From an uncultured Acidimicrobiia bacterium (lineage in GTDB: Bacteria; Actinomycetota; Acidimicrobiia; Spongiisociales; JAENVV01): a DNA stretch of 64,000 nt. Shown piece by piece: positions 17,342 to 29,418 of the stretch. Each line of letters begins with the position of its first letter. Position 1 is the first letter of the stretch. Below the pieces are notes generated by a model that saw only the letters and a program-made list of their open reading frames with translations, was not told the DNA's origin and did not search any database. The translations under genes and the position numbers were made by a program. The DNA is taken from contig CAWKAG010000032.1 of the NCBI GenBank assembly GCA_963847455.1, positions 22,169-86,168 of the forward strand, in the 5' to 3' direction.

Positions 17342-19249
17342 GTGGCTTCCGATAATCTCTTGAGTAGTCGGGGAGAGGAAATTCCAGTGGATACCTGTGA
17401 GATTTGTGGTGCAGTCTTGTCGGCGGGGTCGTGTCCGACCTGCAGTGCGGGACGTACTGACGCCGCTGACGGGGCGGCAGCGGGAGATCCCGATACCCCC
17501 GCGGTCCCGGAAGTGAGCCTGTTCGGCGAAACCAAGGGAGCGGATTTTTTTGGTGTGATCACCCCAACCCTGGCCGACAATTCTGAACCGCTGCCAACCG
17601 TCGTGCCGAAGAAATCCCGAGCCTGGATGTACGCATTGGGTGGATTCGCGGCGGTCGTCATCGGGGTCGGTGCGGTCAGCGCCTCGTTTCTCGGGCTTTT
17701 TGTTGGGAACAGCAACGAGACCGTCGGATATGTGCCTGCCGATGCGCAGGGGTACTTCGTGATTGATCTCGTGGACAGCGGCGCGGCCTTTTCCGACGGG
17801 CGTGTGCAGTCGCTCATGTCCCAGATTGAACGAGAATTCGGGGTCGAGACTCCCGACCTTGGGGGCGGGGCCGTTGAGGAAGAGATCCTCAACGACCTGG
17901 CCGACGCTCTCGGTGTTAGCGAACTCAATCTGTCTTTCCGTGACGATGTGGCCAGCTGGGCAGGTCGCTACGTGGGCGTTTGGTTTCGCGCCGATATCAG
18001 CGTCGATGCTCAGGCAGACGATTCGACCGGGTGCTTCCTCGTCGAAGCCCGTGATGCCGGGCAAGCCGACCAGGCTCTTGAGCGCATCTATGACGAGATC
18101 AGCCAAGGCGACATCGCCATGACCCGCACCGAAGTGGATGGCCTTGCCGTCTTCGAGTGGACGGATGAGGTTGTGGTCAAGGCCGGCCGGATTGATGGGG
18201 TCGTGGCCCTCTGTGCAGGTGCCGGCACGTTTGAGGAAGTGAAAGCCGTTCACGCTTCTGGCGTGTCGCTGGCGTCAAGCGAGTCATTCACCGAACTCGA
18301 AGGCGCCCTTGGTGACTGGGCGATGATGGGTTACCTGGACACCGAACAACTCGTGAATGACGTCATCACTCAGGAGGGCCTCGATTCGGCGCCGTTTGCT
18401 CGCGCGGGCCGGTTGGCCTTTGGAGCAAACCTCACGGACGCCGGGCTGACCTTTGAGAGCGTTTCGGCGTTTGGGCCAGACCTACCCGCGATTGTCGACG
18501 GCCTGGCGGCTGCCGATATCCTGCCAGGTAACGTCTACTTCGCCGCCGGTGGCCAGGACCTGGGCCAGATCTTGTCGACCATGATCGACGTCTATCGCGA
18601 CGTGCCCGAATTTGAGGACATGATCGATGAAGCTTTCACCGAGGTGCGCGAGACCGCGGGCGTTGACCTCGATGAGATCCTCGACTCGATGGAAGGCCCG
18701 TTCGGTCTGGCTGTGTCGGCTGACGGCCTGATCGAGGACGTGCCGGTTGGTGCAGTCTTCTTTACCGATCTGAATGATCGCGGTCCGATCGATGGACTGC
18801 TGTCGTTCGTCAATGAGCAGGAATACCTTCTCCCGATGGAGCGGGTCTCACCGCCGTACGACATCATGGTCTACGACTCTGGTTTGATCAAGGGTGGAGT
18901 CGGGGTGAGCGATGATCGCCTTATCTTCGCCATTGAGGATGGGATGATCGATCGGATGGCTTCCGGTGATGTTTTGGCTGATGATCCTGCCTTTCAGGAA
19001 GCGGTCGGCCACCTCCCGGAAGGAGCCGGATGGGTCGCTTATGCCGACGTTCGCAAGATCGTCAACGCGGCGCTCAACGCGATGGACGACGGCATGACTA
19101 CGCAGGTCGAAGACCTTGAGTTCAAGTCCGCATTGGAGATCGCCGGCGACCGTTTCCCCTATATGGTGAGCGGCGTGGAGACCGTCGACGGTCTGGTGCG
19201 CCAAACGGCGATCATCGTGTTTACCGAAGGGTCAGACCCAGGAGCTTGA
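17342..19249 (+). CDS. zinc-ribbon / single-TM anchored extracytoplasmic protein (possibly DUF3352-like)
   Basis: N-terminal CEICG...CPTC, one TM helix (ALGGFAAVVIGVGAVSASFLGLFV), then about 480 acidic residues. The family name is a tentative recollection. Confidence 0.7.
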   Translation: MASDNLLSSRGEEIPVDTCEICGAVLSAGSCPTCSAGRTDAADGAAAGDPDTPAVPEVSLFGETKGADFFGVITPTLADNSEPLPTVVPKKSRAWMYALGGFAAVVIGVGAVSASFLGLFVGNSNETVGYVPADAQGYFVIDLVDSGAAFSDGRVQSLMSQIEREFGVETPDLGGGAVEEEILNDLADALGVSELNLSFRDDVASWAGRYVGVWFRADISVDAQADDSTGCFLVEARDAGQADQALERIYDEISQGDIAMTRTEVDGLAVFEWTDEVVVKAGRIDGVVALCAGAGTFEEVKAVHASGVSLASSESFTELEGALGDWAMMGYLDTEQLVNDVITQEGLDSAPFARAGRLAFGANLTDAGLTFESVSAFGPDLPAIVDGLAAADILPGNVYFAAGGQDLGQILSTMIDVYRDVPEFEDMIDEAFTEVRETAGVDLDEILDSMEGPFGLAVSADGLIEDVPVGAVFFTDLNDRGPIDGLLSFVNEQEYLLPMERVSPPYDIMVYDSGLIKGGVGVSDDRLIFAIEDGMIDRMASGDVLADDPAFQEAVGHLPEGAGWVAYADVRKIVNAALNAMDDGMTTQVEDLEFKSALEIAGDRFPYMVSGVETVDGLVRQTAIIVFTEGSDPGA

Positions 19250-20006
19250 TCATGTGGAGTGCAACGGCGTCCTCGTCGTTGGTCAGGTCGAGCACACATT
19301 GGGCGGCAGCTCTGACATCCTCGTCGGCATTGGCGACTGCCACGCCGAGATCAGCCCACTCCAATAAAGCGATATCGTTTGGCATGTCCCCGTAGGCGAC
19401 CGTTTCACCGGTGAGTCCTAGAGCGGCGACGCCGGTGGCCTTGGTGATACCCGGCGGGGCCACCTCATAGAACGTGGGGTTCGAGACGGTCAAAACTCCG
19501 AGGTCGCCTACGATTTCGGTCAACAGATTGGCGCCGGCCCGGTCGACCGGACGGCTGAGGCGGATCAGCATTTTGGCGATGCCACCGCTCACGATCTCTT
19601 CGATCGTTCCGTACAGGCGGTCCGGAACGGGATACTCGGATGCGTAGCCGTGCTCCCGTCGATGGCCAACGGCTGACTCGACGGCGAACGCGGCCGCCGG
19701 ATCCGCTTGCCGGATCCGCTGGACGATCTCGAGTGAGGCGATGGCGTCGATGCTGCCCAGCTGAGTCGTCTCGCCGGTCCTCAGGTCGAGATGAAACGCC
19801 CCATTCGCACAAATCACCGAGCTCACGGCCGAAAAGGTCGCGGCGAACGACTTGACGAGTCGCGGCGGTCGGCCCGTCGCGAGAACCATGTTGTGCGACG
19901 AGGCAACCTCATTCACGACCCGTTCGGTGAGCGTTGAGACAGTCCGCTGATCGTTGAGGAGTGTCCCGTCGAGATCAGAGACGAATGTGGTGGTCGTCTG
20001 CGTCAC
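19221..20006 (-). CDS. Cof-type HAD-IIB family hydrolase
   Basis: [10 protein letters not shown] (DxD), [15 protein letters not shown]. The GTG start overlaps the upstream stop (GTGA). Confidence 0.8.
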   Translation of the reverse strand: MTQTTTTFVSDLDGTLLNDQRTVSTLTERVVNEVASSHNMVLATGRPPRLVKSFAATFSAVSSVICANGAFHLDLRTGETTQLGSIDAIASLEIVQRIRQADPAAAFAVESAVGHRREHGYASEYPVPDRLYGTIEEIVSGGIAKMLIRLSRPVDRAGANLLTEIVGDLGVLTVSNPTFYEVAPPGITKATGVAALGLTGETVAYGDMPNDIALLEWADLGVAVANADEDVRAAAQCVLDLTNDEDAVALHMIKLLGLTLR

Positions 20007-22018
20007 GAAGAAGCGTTGAGTTGTTCGCGCAGGGTGTTGGGGAATGTCACCGGCGTCTGGCACACGAAGCGCTCGCAAACATAGGCGGCGGTGTCATCGG
20101 GCCTGCGATCGACCAGCAACGGGACGATGCGGGCGTCTTCGGCCTTGCGGTCGACGGCCAGAACCAGATTGGGCCGGAACTCCGCCCAGACTTCACGAGC
20201 TAGCGCGTCAGCGCCGGGTCCAACGATGGCAACTTCTTTGTATCCGGTCAGGACTGAATGGGTCACGGCCGCCAGATGTCCAACGGCGGTCGGGTACGAA
20301 ACAAGCAGTTTGCCCGAGTCCTTGATTGCCTGTCGGGCCTGGGTATCGAACCGGTGGTCTCCCGTATAGAGCGACAGCCACATCAGGGCCTCGGCCGCCA
20401 GGCTGGTCCCGCTCGGCAGCGGGTTGTCCATCTGGTCCTTTGGTCGGGTGATGAGCTGTTCGGCCCCGTGGTCGGTCTGGAACAGAGAACCAGTTTGGTC
20501 TGAAAAACGGTCACCGATCTGGGTGGTGAGATCGGCAGCGGCCTGATACCACTCGACCTCTCCGGTTGCCATATAGAGGCTGAACAGGCCGAGGGCGTAT
20601 CCGGCGTAGTCGTCGAGGAAGCCAGGCACCGACGTTTTGCCCTTCCAGGACCGCATCAACTGGCCATCGACGACGAGGTTGTCAAGCACGAATCGGGCGT
20701 TTGCTCGGCCGGCGTCGAGGTAGCGCGCCTCTCCGAGGATCGCCCCGGCTTCGGCCAAGGCCCGAAGCATCAGACCATTCCAGGCGACAATGACCTTGTC
20801 GTCGAGTCCCGGTCGAACCCGCTCCGAGCGGGCGGCGGCTAGAGCCTGCTTGGCGCGGAGGATCGCGGCTTCCACTTCCCCTGGCTCAGTTGAGAACCGC
20901 TGGGCCACGATCTCGATTGAGGATGCGACGACGAGGTGGTTCGATCCTTCGAAATTGCCTCTGGCGCTAACCCCGAAGTATTGACCGGCCATCCCGGCGT
21001 CGTCGCCGACGATGTCGGCGAATTCGTCGGCGGAGAAGACGTAGAACTTGCCTTCTTCTCCTTCTGAGTCCGCATCTTCGGCGGAGTAAAACCCGCCCGC
21101 CGGGTGCGTGAGGTCGCGCAATACGTACTCGATCGTTTCCGTGGCCGTTGTCTTGAACGACTCGGGGCCACCCAGTTGCCAGGCACGTAAGTAGAGTCGG
21201 GCGAGCTGGGCATTGTTGTACAGCATCTTCTCGAAGTGGGGGATCGTCCAGGTGGCGTCGACGGTATAGCGCGAGAACCCACCACCGACGTGATCGTAGA
21301 TGCCGCCTCGCTCCATTTTCGACAGCGTGGTGAATGCCATCCGTTTCGCCTCGGTTGCCCAGGGCTCATCGGCGATCCGCAGCAGCAGTTCGATCGTCGG
21401 CTCCTGCGGAAACTTCGGAGCTCCGCCCAGGCCGCCATTGTTCGGGTCAAACTCACTGACGATCGCGTCGTAGCCCCGCTGGATCTCGGCGATGGTTGGG
21501 AAGTCCTCGGCCGGCGGGATGTGCCGGTCGATCGACGCTGCGAGTTGATCCGCCTGCTCAGCGACCTGATCCTGACGATGGTTCCAAGCATCGGACACTG
21601 CGGCCATCACCCGTTTGAATGACGCCATGCCGTGTCGGTCGTCGTTTGGGAAATAGGTGCCCGCGTAGAACGGTTTGGCGTCGGGGGTCATCCAAACCGT
21701 CATTGGCCAACCACCCCGACCGGTAAGCGACTGGACTGCATTCATATAGATGGCGTCGACATCGGGTCGTTCTTCGCGATCTACTTTCACGTTCACGAAC
21801 AGCTCATTCATGATGGTGGCGGTGTCAGGGTCCTCAAACGACTCGTGCGCCATCACATGACACCAATGGCAGGCCGAGTACCCGACTGACAGCAGCACCG
21901 GCCGGTTGGAATTCCGGGCCTCGGTAAACGCTTCATCGCCCCACGGGTACCAGTCGACCGGGTTGTCGGCATGCTGGAGAAGATAGGGCGACGTTTCATC
22001 GCCGAGACGGTTGGACAT
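20003..22018 (-). CDS. thioredoxin-domain protein, DUF255/YyaL family with (alpha/alpha)6 barrel
   Basis: [18 protein letters not shown] and [18 protein letters not shown], followed by a roughly 450-aa epimerase-like region. Confidence 0.9.
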   Translation of the reverse strand: MSNRLGDETSPYLLQHADNPVDWYPWGDEAFTEARNSNRPVLLSVGYSACHWCHVMAHESFEDPDTATIMNELFVNVKVDREERPDVDAIYMNAVQSLTGRGGWPMTVWMTPDAKPFYAGTYFPNDDRHGMASFKRVMAAVSDAWNHRQDQVAEQADQLAASIDRHIPPAEDFPTIAEIQRGYDAIVSEFDPNNGGLGGAPKFPQEPTIELLLRIADEPWATEAKRMAFTTLSKMERGGIYDHVGGGFSRYTVDATWTIPHFEKMLYNNAQLARLYLRAWQLGGPESFKTTATETIEYVLRDLTHPAGGFYSAEDADSEGEEGKFYVFSADEFADIVGDDAGMAGQYFGVSARGNFEGSNHLVVASSIEIVAQRFSTEPGEVEAAILRAKQALAAARSERVRPGLDDKVIVAWNGLMLRALAEAGAILGEARYLDAGRANARFVLDNLVVDGQLMRSWKGKTSVPGFLDDYAGYALGLFSLYMATGEVEWYQAAADLTTQIGDRFSDQTGSLFQTDHGAEQLITRPKDQMDNPLPSGTSLAAEALMWLSLYTGDHRFDTQARQAIKDSGKLLVSYPTAVGHLAAVTHSVLTGYKEVAIVGPGADALAREVWAEFRPNLVLAVDRKAEDARIVPLLVDRRPDDTAAYVCERFVCQTPVTFPNTLREQLNASS

Positions 22019-22049
22019 GGTCAGAGGATACCCGGGCTGTCTGTTACCG

Positions 22050-25000
22050 CTACTGGGAGCGGGTCACTAGCGGAATGGTCCCGAAATCGTCCGCGGTAAG
22101 TCCGGTCAGCGCATCGGCAGGTGGGTATTCGCCGAGCAGCTGTTCCGCCTCACCATCGATCGGCCACAAGACATCAAGGATGCGCGTTCCATTGGCATCG
22201 CCGGTTCCGCCGCCGATCCTCCACTGCTGGGCCGCCGAATCCACGTCGCGTACCCGCCGCACTCCGGCGCTGGGGAAACCTTCTTGGGACAGAAGCGCAA
22301 CGGCGATGCTCCACGTCTCCGGATCTCCGCCGAGCAGCTCTTGAGGGACCCGAACCACAACCTTGCCCTTGTCGCCAAACGTGATGATGTCGAATGTCGG
22401 TTTGGTTTCCTCGACCGTCCCATCGGGGGCCGCCACATAGATGGCGGGATCCCATCCTTCGATTGTGATTCCATACTCCCACCCATTGTCGGCCGCCAGA
22501 GCGGCGTTCCGGCCATCAATCAACTGGCGTGCACCGGTCGCCGCACCCGGGTCCGTGTCGATGTACAGGTCGAATGTCTGAATGGACAATCCCCGCGGTG
22601 ACCCCCACGGATTCTGGATTGGGGCGACCACCTCAAATGAGAACACGTACTCGTCGCCTTCGGTCCCGGCGGTGAAACGAGTCAGGTCGTAGGAGCCGGC
22701 TCCGAAGACCGTATCGGTGGGATACTGGTAGCTACCCGGCCCGTGGTCGTCGCCGACAGGATCTTCTACGTCCAGGAAGATCGCCACGTTGGAGATATCT
22801 GGCACCTGGAGGCCGAGAGGGCTGCCGTACCACCAGGTCTCGAGCGGGTCCCCGAGTCGAAGACCCGCCAATACCGTGTCGCCGGCCTCAAAAAGCCCGA
22901 TCGCCTCGAACGGGATGGCTACCTCGGCGCCGACCTCCGATCGGGCGGAGATTACCGGTATGCACGCTTCGGGATCGGCGAGCGTCGCGACGCATGCTGT
23001 GTCGCGATCGAGCCTGACTACATGGGTGGCCCGGAATCCGAGCACGTCACCGTCCGGTGTCGTTCCAAATGACTCACCGGTGCCGGACAGGTATACCTCG
23101 ATGGGGGCGTCGAACGTGCCCGGGTCAGTCCCGAACCCGTCGAACACGCCGTACCCGAGGTAGAGGGCCTCCCGGTCGAACGCGTAGAACACGCGATCGT
23201 CTCCCTCACCGAACTCTCCACCCTCCTCGTAGTCGTCGAATTGCCCATCGACGACGGGAGTGGTGGCCGCCGATGCCGAGCGGATGGCCGCGATAGGTGT
23301 GGCCGGGATAATCGGTACCGACACAAACAATGGACGGTCGATCCCGAGCGCGTCGTAGACCTGACCGAGGAGTTCCCGGTAGGCCGTGTCAAAGTAGCTG
23401 TCGTTACCGGAGTCCTGGTCGGAGCCGTACCACCAGAACCAGTCGGAGCCCTCGGCGAAGAGCATCTGTTCATAGGCGGCCGCATAAGCGTCGTCGCTGA
23501 ATTCGCCTTTGGCAGCCTTGAGATCGGCCCGAACCGCGGCCAGGTAGTCCCAGGCAAGAGCCTCCTCGCTCTCGCCGATCCAGGTGGCAAAGTTGGGCTG
23601 GAACCAGGCTCCTGGCCAGACCTCGTCGAGCCCCTCAGGATGTTCGAATCGGTCGAGATACTCGCCAGGGGTGATCGTTTTCACGAAGTCGGACTCGCTC
23701 AGTTCTCGATAGAGGGAGTTGAGGAAATCCTTGCCGTCGTTGTCGTAGTTCTCCCAGGCATTCTCGCCGTCGAGGATGACCGAAACCACATACGGCTGTC
23801 CGGCTGCAAGGGCGTCCTGCACATCAACCGAGTCATGGATTGACTTGAGCCTCCCCATGAAATCTGCTGCTGCCGCCTCCCCGCTCGATCCCGAATACTC
23901 GAACCCGACGAGGTCCGAAAGTCGATCGTCCCGAAAAAACATGGCGACGTCAGGGTTGCGGTTGAGTTGGGCTCTCCATGGACGGTACAAGTCGGAAGCG
24001 TCCAGGGGAATGTCGTCTGCGGTGCGCTCAAACGATCCGATGCCGATGCTCTTGGCGAGGACACTCTCGCCGCTGGCTACCCACTCGACGCCATTCTTTG
24101 AGAACAGCGACATGACCAACTGGGCCACTGACCCTTCCCCTGGCCACATACCGACGGGGCGGCGGCCCAGCAGGCGCTCGGCAGTGTCGAGGCCACGGAT
24201 GACCTGATCATCGGCGTCGGGAATCTCCTGGAATCGGACGTCTGGCAGTAGTGCGGTTGGATCGCCGACGGTCGCAAGGTTGGTGTCAAAGATGAGCGGG
24301 AGAATCGGGTGCGCCAGGGGGGTGGTGGTGATCTCGATCTGCCCTGACTCCCAGAGTTGGCGATGCAGCGGAAGAACCTCGGAGATGATCCGCAGATGTT
24401 CGGCAAACAATGTGACCTTGTCTTCTTCGGAGAACCCGCGTCCTTTCGCTACGAGTCCGGCGAGGGGTTCGACGTCCAGAAAATCGGGGTCGGTCCAGGC
24501 GAGATTGAAAAGGACCTGCAGGTCGCGCCAGTCGTCATCGGCCCATCGGCCCGTGCCATTCCGGTCGTCGGCGAGTTCCTGGTAGCGAGGGAACCGGCCG
24601 ATGATCTTCGGGTTGACGTCGAAGAACCGTTCGGCGATGAACTGCTTGTCCTCGTCGGTCAGCGTGATCGCAGGGATCTCGGACGTCGTCCAATAGATGT
24701 CCTTGGCACCGCTCGCCAGGTCTTCGAGTTGAAGCATGAGCACCGGTGTCAGGTTGAACGTTACGTTCACGTTGGGGTATTGGGCCACCGTTGACGCCAT
24801 GTCGTAGTAATCCTTCGTGGCGTGGACCCGAACCCACGGTCGGGTATACACGCCGTCGGCGTCTTTGGGGTAGAGCGGTTGATGCTGGTGCCACATGAGA
24901 TTCAGGTAGAAACCGGGGTCCGGCGGCGTGTCGACCATTGCCTGCGTCGAGGCTGGCGACGGGGGAGCGGTCGTGGTTGGGTCGTCGGCCTTGGGAGTGC

Positions 25001-25064
25001 ACGCTGACACCACGATGCTCAGGAGGCAAGCGGTGGCGAGCCAGGTCGTGAGTCTGTGCATCAT
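22050..25064 (-). CDS. GH57 family alpha-glucan-active enzyme, predicted lipoprotein, with C-terminal glucodextranase-like domain
   Basis: Lipobox [10 protein letters not shown]57 N-terminal WHQHQPLY...[10 protein letters not shown], and C-terminal [17 protein letters not shown]...[11 protein letters not shown]. The ATG overlaps the GH13 stop (ATGA). Confidence 0.85.
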   Translation of the reverse strand: MMHRLTTWLATACLLSIVVSACTPKADDPTTTAPPSPASTQAMVDTPPDPGFYLNLMWHQHQPLYPKDADGVYTRPWVRVHATKDYYDMASTVAQYPNVNVTFNLTPVLMLQLEDLASGAKDIYWTTSEIPAITLTDEDKQFIAERFFDVNPKIIGRFPRYQELADDRNGTGRWADDDWRDLQVLFNLAWTDPDFLDVEPLAGLVAKGRGFSEEDKVTLFAEHLRIISEVLPLHRQLWESGQIEITTTPLAHPILPLIFDTNLATVGDPTALLPDVRFQEIPDADDQVIRGLDTAERLLGRRPVGMWPGEGSVAQLVMSLFSKNGVEWVASGESVLAKSIGIGSFERTADDIPLDASDLYRPWRAQLNRNPDVAMFFRDDRLSDLVGFEYSGSSGEAAAADFMGRLKSIHDSVDVQDALAAGQPYVVSVILDGENAWENYDNDGKDFLNSLYRELSESDFVKTITPGEYLDRFEHPEGLDEVWPGAWFQPNFATWIGESEEALAWDYLAAVRADLKAAKGEFSDDAYAAAYEQMLFAEGSDWFWWYGSDQDSGNDSYFDTAYRELLGQVYDALGIDRPLFVSVPIIPATPIAAIRSASAATTPVVDGQFDDYEEGGEFGEGDDRVFYAFDREALYLGYGVFDGFGTDPGTFDAPIEVYLSGTGESFGTTPDGDVLGFRATHVVRLDRDTACVATLADPEACIPVISARSEVGAEVAIPFEAIGLFEAGDTVLAGLRLGDPLETWWYGSPLGLQVPDISNVAIFLDVEDPVGDDHGPGSYQYPTDTVFGAGSYDLTRFTAGTEGDEYVFSFEVVAPIQNPWGSPRGLSIQTFDLYIDTDPGAATGARQLIDGRNAALAADNGWEYGITIEGWDPAIYVAAPDGTVEETKPTFDIITFGDKGKVVVRVPQELLGGDPETWSIAVALLSQEGFPSAGVRRVRDVDSAAQQWRIGGGTGDANGTRILDVLWPIDGEAEQLLGEYPPADALTGLTADDFGTIPLVTRSQ

Positions 25065-26962
25065 CGACTCAGAATCGCGGCGCGTCTGGCGGGAACCGTG
25101 ATCGTTTGATCGGACATGGTTGCGCTTCCCCATAGGACCTTGGTCCATCCTTCGTTGGCAATGTGGTTCTTGGCCCGCCCCCGGTTCATGACGACGAGCA
25201 ACCGCGCCTTCCCCTGTCTTCGCTCGAAGCTGATCATGTGGCGAGTCGCTGTCCCAGGATGCCAGGTTCCGGTTCGAAGAGCTGGTCGTCTCCTGCGGAG
25301 CATGGCTAATTCTTGTACCAGCTGGTGGGTTGCATCACCGGCCGGATCTGGGTCCCAGGGAAAAGCGCCGCGGCTACCGGGGTCGTTATCACCCTCCATG
25401 CCTATTTCGTCGCCGTAATAGATGCTCGGGGAGCCGGGAACGGTCAGCTGGCAAACAGCGGCCAGGTCGAGTCGCCAACGGGCGCCGTCAGCCTCGGTCA
25501 AAAATCGCGCAGTGTCGTGGCTGCCGATCAAGTTCTGGTTGCACACCGTGGAAGCGTGGCCATACTGAGCGAGCATGGTGCCCATCCTGTCGAGGAACTC
25601 GGGACCGTCGATGAGGTCGTGAGCGAAGAAGCCGAGGCTGATGTCTCGAAAGGTGTAGTTCATAGTGGCGTCGAATCGGTCGCCCTGAAGCCACGGCGAA
25701 GCATCGCCCATTACCTCGGCCAGCAGGAAAGCTTGCGGGTTGGTGGCTTTGACGGCGGTGCGGAAATCATTCCAAAAGTCCGGATCTACATAACGAGCGA
25801 CGTCCATGCGCCAGCCGTCCAGGGCGAACTCGGAGATCCAGTAAGTGGCCACGTCGAGCATGTATTGGCGGGCTTGCGGGTTCGCAAGATTTACTCGCGG
25901 CATGGTTGCCACTCCGTACCAGCTCTCATAGCTGGGTACGATCCCCGCCGTTGCCTGCGGATCATCGACGACGGCCAGTCCGGTTTGCTCGATCCAGGTC
26001 GGCAACCACTCTTCGGCTCCGGCGGTCAGTTTTGGCCTACTCCGTTTGAGGTGAACGGGCCATTCATTGACGACGAACCAATCGGCGTACGCGGAATCTG
26101 GGCCTTTGGCGATCAAGTCCTGGAATGCAAAGAATTGAGGATGCACGTGATTGAATGAAGCGTCGATCATCACCCGGATACCCCGGCCGTGGGCATCATC
26201 GATGAGTGCCTTGAGATCTTCATTTGTGCCCAGCATCGGGTCGACCTGGTAGTAGTCGATTGCGTCGTAACGATGATTCGACGGCGACCGAAAAATCGGA
26301 TTCAAGTAGATCAGATCAACGCCGAGTTCCTCGAGGTAGCCGAGTTTCGATTGGATGCCGACGAGGTCCCCTCCCCAAAACCCTCGAGGGGTTGGCGGTG
26401 CATCCCACGGGATGACGTCGATAGGGTCGTTGCTGTGGTCACCGTTGGCGAACCGATCTGGAAAGATCTGATATATCATCGCGCCGTGCGCCCACGACGG
26501 CGTTGCGAACGGTTCCATCGCGGTGTCGAGCGTCCAGCGGTCCAAACGTTCGACCGCATTCGATATCCCGGCGGGTACCCGATACACCGGTAAACCGGCC
26601 GCGGACCGAAATGCGAAGGAGTAGTCCACCTGCGGCTCTTGTGGGGTGATGCTGACCTGCCAGTAGACGAAGCGGCGGCCTTTCGATGCGCGATGCATCC
26701 GGTGGCCAATCACCTGCTCAGCCTGTCTCACGACCAACAGCCCGTCGGTTAGTTCGGGCTCGGCCCAAACCCGGATCGTGAATGAGCCATCCCCCTCGCG
26801 TTCGACATGCGTCCGGTTGGCCGGATCGAATCGAATGTCAAAGGGCGTCACATCGCCCGGAAGGCCGTAGACGCCGATATCAGAATCAAAGCTTTGCACT
26901 ATGACCGGATCAGCCTTTGACCGAACCCTGGGTGAGCCCGCCAATGATCTGTTTTTGGGCAA
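25061..26962 (-). CDS. GH13 alpha-amylase family enzyme (cyclomaltodextrinase/neopullulanase-like)
   Basis: GVDLIYLNPIF, GWRMDVA, LAEVMGD, LIGSHDTARF. The ATG at 26962 overlaps malG by 53 nt, and the GTG at 26899 is an alternative start. Confidence 0.85.
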   Translation of the reverse strand: MPKNRSLAGSPRVRSKADPVIVQSFDSDIGVYGLPGDVTPFDIRFDPANRTHVEREGDGSFTIRVWAEPELTDGLLVVRQAEQVIGHRMHRASKGRRFVYWQVSITPQEPQVDYSFAFRSAAGLPVYRVPAGISNAVERLDRWTLDTAMEPFATPSWAHGAMIYQIFPDRFANGDHSNDPIDVIPWDAPPTPRGFWGGDLVGIQSKLGYLEELGVDLIYLNPIFRSPSNHRYDAIDYYQVDPMLGTNEDLKALIDDAHGRGIRVMIDASFNHVHPQFFAFQDLIAKGPDSAYADWFVVNEWPVHLKRSRPKLTAGAEEWLPTWIEQTGLAVVDDPQATAGIVPSYESWYGVATMPRVNLANPQARQYMLDVATYWISEFALDGWRMDVARYVDPDFWNDFRTAVKATNPQAFLLAEVMGDASPWLQGDRFDATMNYTFRDISLGFFAHDLIDGPEFLDRMGTMLAQYGHASTVCNQNLIGSHDTARFLTEADGARWRLDLAAVCQLTVPGSPSIYYGDEIGMEGDNDPGSRGAFPWDPDPAGDATHQLVQELAMLRRRRPALRTGTWHPGTATRHMISFERRQGKARLLVVMNRGRAKNHIANEGWTKVLWGSATMSDQTITVPARRAAILSR

Positions 26963-27809
26963 ACAGGAACGTGAGCACGATGGGGGCAGCTCCGATGATC
27001 GCCGCCGCCGCCAGATTGCCCCATTTGGCGGAGTAGTTGGATTCGACGAAGAGTTGAAGGCCGACCGCCATGGTGAACTCCTGAGTCGAACGCAGCAGCG
27101 TCCGAGCGAGGATGTACTCGGAGTAGATATTGATGAACGTGATGATGAAGATCACGGCCAGCACCGGTCGGCTGAGCGGGAATACGATTCTTGAGAAGAT
27201 CTGCCATGGACTCGCCCCATCCACTTCGGCTGACTCGTCGAGCTCTGCCGGGATGGTGTCCATGAAACCCTTGATGAGGAAGGCGTTGAAGCCGATCGCC
27301 CCACCCAGATACACCATGATGATGTAGGTCTGCGTGTTGAGCCCTGCGGCCGGGAAGATATCGCCGATCTGCTGGGCCAGCAGGAAGAGCGCGATAAATC
27401 CAAGGAACTGGGGGAAGACCTGAATAAGCAGCAGGCTCAGTAAGCCAGCCCGCCGGCCCCGGAAACGCAATCTCGAGAAGGCGAACGACGCCAGGGCCGC
27501 CAGGATCACGTTGAGGCTGGCCGCAATGAGTGCCACTCTCCAGGAATTGAACAACCACGTCCCGAATGGGGTCAGGTCGGACTCGAATAACTCGGTGAAG
27601 TTATCGAAAGTGAATCCGCGTGGGATCAGCCGGGCTGCCGACAGGTTGTCGATTGGATTGAAGGCAGCCGAGAGCACCCAGACCACCGGATACAGGGCGA
27701 AGAAGGCGGCAATGAGTAGTACGACGTGTCGCCAACCGATCTCGCGTATCCACCGTTTGGTGGACATCCGATTGGCGGGTATGCGGGGTTCTGCCTGGCT
27801 AGTTGCCAT
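26910..27809 (-). CDS. malG: carbohydrate ABC transporter permease (MalG-like)
   Basis: Six TM helices and an EAA-type loop (ELDESAEVDGASPWQIFSRIVFPL). The ATG at 27809 overlaps the malF stop by 11 nt. Confidence 0.85.
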   Translation of the reverse strand: MATSQAEPRIPANRMSTKRWIREIGWRHVVLLIAAFFALYPVVWVLSAAFNPIDNLSAARLIPRGFTFDNFTELFESDLTPFGTWLFNSWRVALIAASLNVILAALASFAFSRLRFRGRRAGLLSLLLIQVFPQFLGFIALFLLAQQIGDIFPAAGLNTQTYIIMVYLGGAIGFNAFLIKGFMDTIPAELDESAEVDGASPWQIFSRIVFPLSRPVLAVIFIITFINIYSEYILARTLLRSTQEFTMAVGLQLFVESNYSAKWGNLAAAAIIGAAPIVLTFLFAQKQIIGGLTQGSVKG

Positions 27810-29400
27810 AAATACTCTCCAGGCGTTTGGTGAATCGGAAGCTGAAAGCGGAGATGGCCGCCAGGGCGACAAAGATCATGATGACGATCGCCGAACCAAG
27901 CGCGAAGTTGTTCCCCCGACCGGCATTCACAGCAATGTCGAATGTGAACGAGATCAGAATGTCGGTTTCTCCGAGCGGTACGGGCGATCCGATCACCGCT
28001 GGGCCGCCATTGGTGAGCAGGAAGATGAGCACGAAGTTGTTGAAGTTGAAGGCGAACGAACCGATGAGAAGCGGAGCCGTTGAGACCAACAGCAAAGGGA
28101 GCGTGATGGATCGGAACACGCGCCAGGCGCTCGCCCCGTCGACCCTGGCGGCTTCTTTGAGCTCATTCGGGATAGCCTGAAGAGCCCCGGACGTGATCAA
28201 GAACATGTAGGGAAACCCCAGCCACGTGTTCACTCCTAGAACAGCGATTTTGGCCCAGGTCCCATCGGTGAGCCACGGGAGACCACTGCCGCCGAGGGAT
28301 TCTATAAGCGCATTGACCTGGCCGAAATCAGCGTTGAGCAGACCACGCCAAACGATGATCGACAGGAACGCTGGAATGGCGTACGGGATGATAAAGATCG
28401 ATCGATAGAAGGCCTTGCCGCGCATTTTGTCGTGCTGGAGGGCGTTGGCGAGTGCCAGTCCCAGGGAGAAGGTCAGGAGAACGGACATGACGGCGAAGAC
28501 GATGTTCCAGTTGAACACCTTGATGAAGGCGGAGCGGATCCGCTGATCGCCAAAGATGCGTTCGTAGTTGTCTAGGCCGGTTATGACCCTCCACCCCGGG
28601 TCGAGGCGTTGCCCGTCACAAACGAAATTTCCCCGTTCGGTGACACAGGTCACATCGCGTAGGACGTCGTAGAGGGTGTCGGTTTCTGGGTCGTACTGGT
28701 ACCGCTTCCCTGCCTGGATCAAGCGTGCCGACGAGGTTGTCTGAGCCTGGATGACCCCTCCGGGTATGTCAAGCACCAGGGCTTCGATCTGGCCGGCGAT
28801 TCCCAGCAGTTCCCGCAGCCCGAGCTTGGTGTAGTCGTTGATCGTGTCGGGCAAATCACCGGTGAGGTCGACGCCCGAGATATCAATGAGGGCATCTTCG
28901 ATTGGTTCGGCAGCCGACTGACGGGCGATGCCAAAGTACGCAGTCCCGTCCTGCTGACGAGCGAGGAAAGCTAGTCCTTCCGGCCCGTCGTAGACGGCGA
29001 GTTCGAGTGAGGTGCCGTCGCCTTCAACCCGGATTACCTCGTTCTCGAGGTTGGTGATGACCTGTTGCTGGCTGAGTACGTTGCCCGTTGCCCAGTTCGT
29101 AACTGAGACGTACCCCGTGTAGATGACCGGCCAAACCACGAAGATCGTAACGAACACGAGTCCAGGAGCGAGCCACTTTCCTGCGTTGGACCGCGGGGAA
29201 AGGTACGCCCAGTTGATGAGAAGAACATTGAGTCCGAGCAGCCCGAACAGCATCCACGATTGATTCGCAACCAGTATCGGGATGGCGGCGATGTAAGCGG
29301 CATCGATGAGACCGACGACAATCAGTTTCAGCCAGAAAGCCGAACTTAACGAAAACGAGGGCGCGGTCCGTTTTGGATTCGCGCCCTCGTTCTTCGTCAT
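27799..29400 (-). CDS. malF: carbohydrate ABC transporter permease with large periplasmic loop (MalF-like)
   Basis: An insert of about 180 aa between early TM helices, as in MalF, and an EAA loop (ELKEAARVDGASAWRVFRSITLPLL). Confidence 0.85.
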   Translation of the reverse strand: MTKNEGANPKRTAPSFSLSSAFWLKLIVVGLIDAAYIAAIPILVANQSWMLFGLLGLNVLLINWAYLSPRSNAGKWLAPGLVFVTIFVVWPVIYTGYVSVTNWATGNVLSQQQVITNLENEVIRVEGDGTSLELAVYDGPEGLAFLARQQDGTAYFGIARQSAAEPIEDALIDISGVDLTGDLPDTINDYTKLGLRELLGIAGQIEALVLDIPGGVIQAQTTSSARLIQAGKRYQYDPETDTLYDVLRDVTCVTERGNFVCDGQRLDPGWRVITGLDNYERIFGDQRIRSAFIKVFNWNIVFAVMSVLLTFSLGLALANALQHDKMRGKAFYRSIFIIPYAIPAFLSIIVWRGLLNADFGQVNALIESLGGSGLPWLTDGTWAKIAVLGVNTWLGFPYMFLITSGALQAIPNELKEAARVDGASAWRVFRSITLPLLLVSTAPLLIGSFAFNFNNFVLIFLLTNGGPAVIGSPVPLGETDILISFTFDIAVNAGRGNNFALGSAIVIMIFVALAAISAFSFRFTKRLESIYGN

Positions 29401-29418
29401 TTTCGGATACTACTTTGT

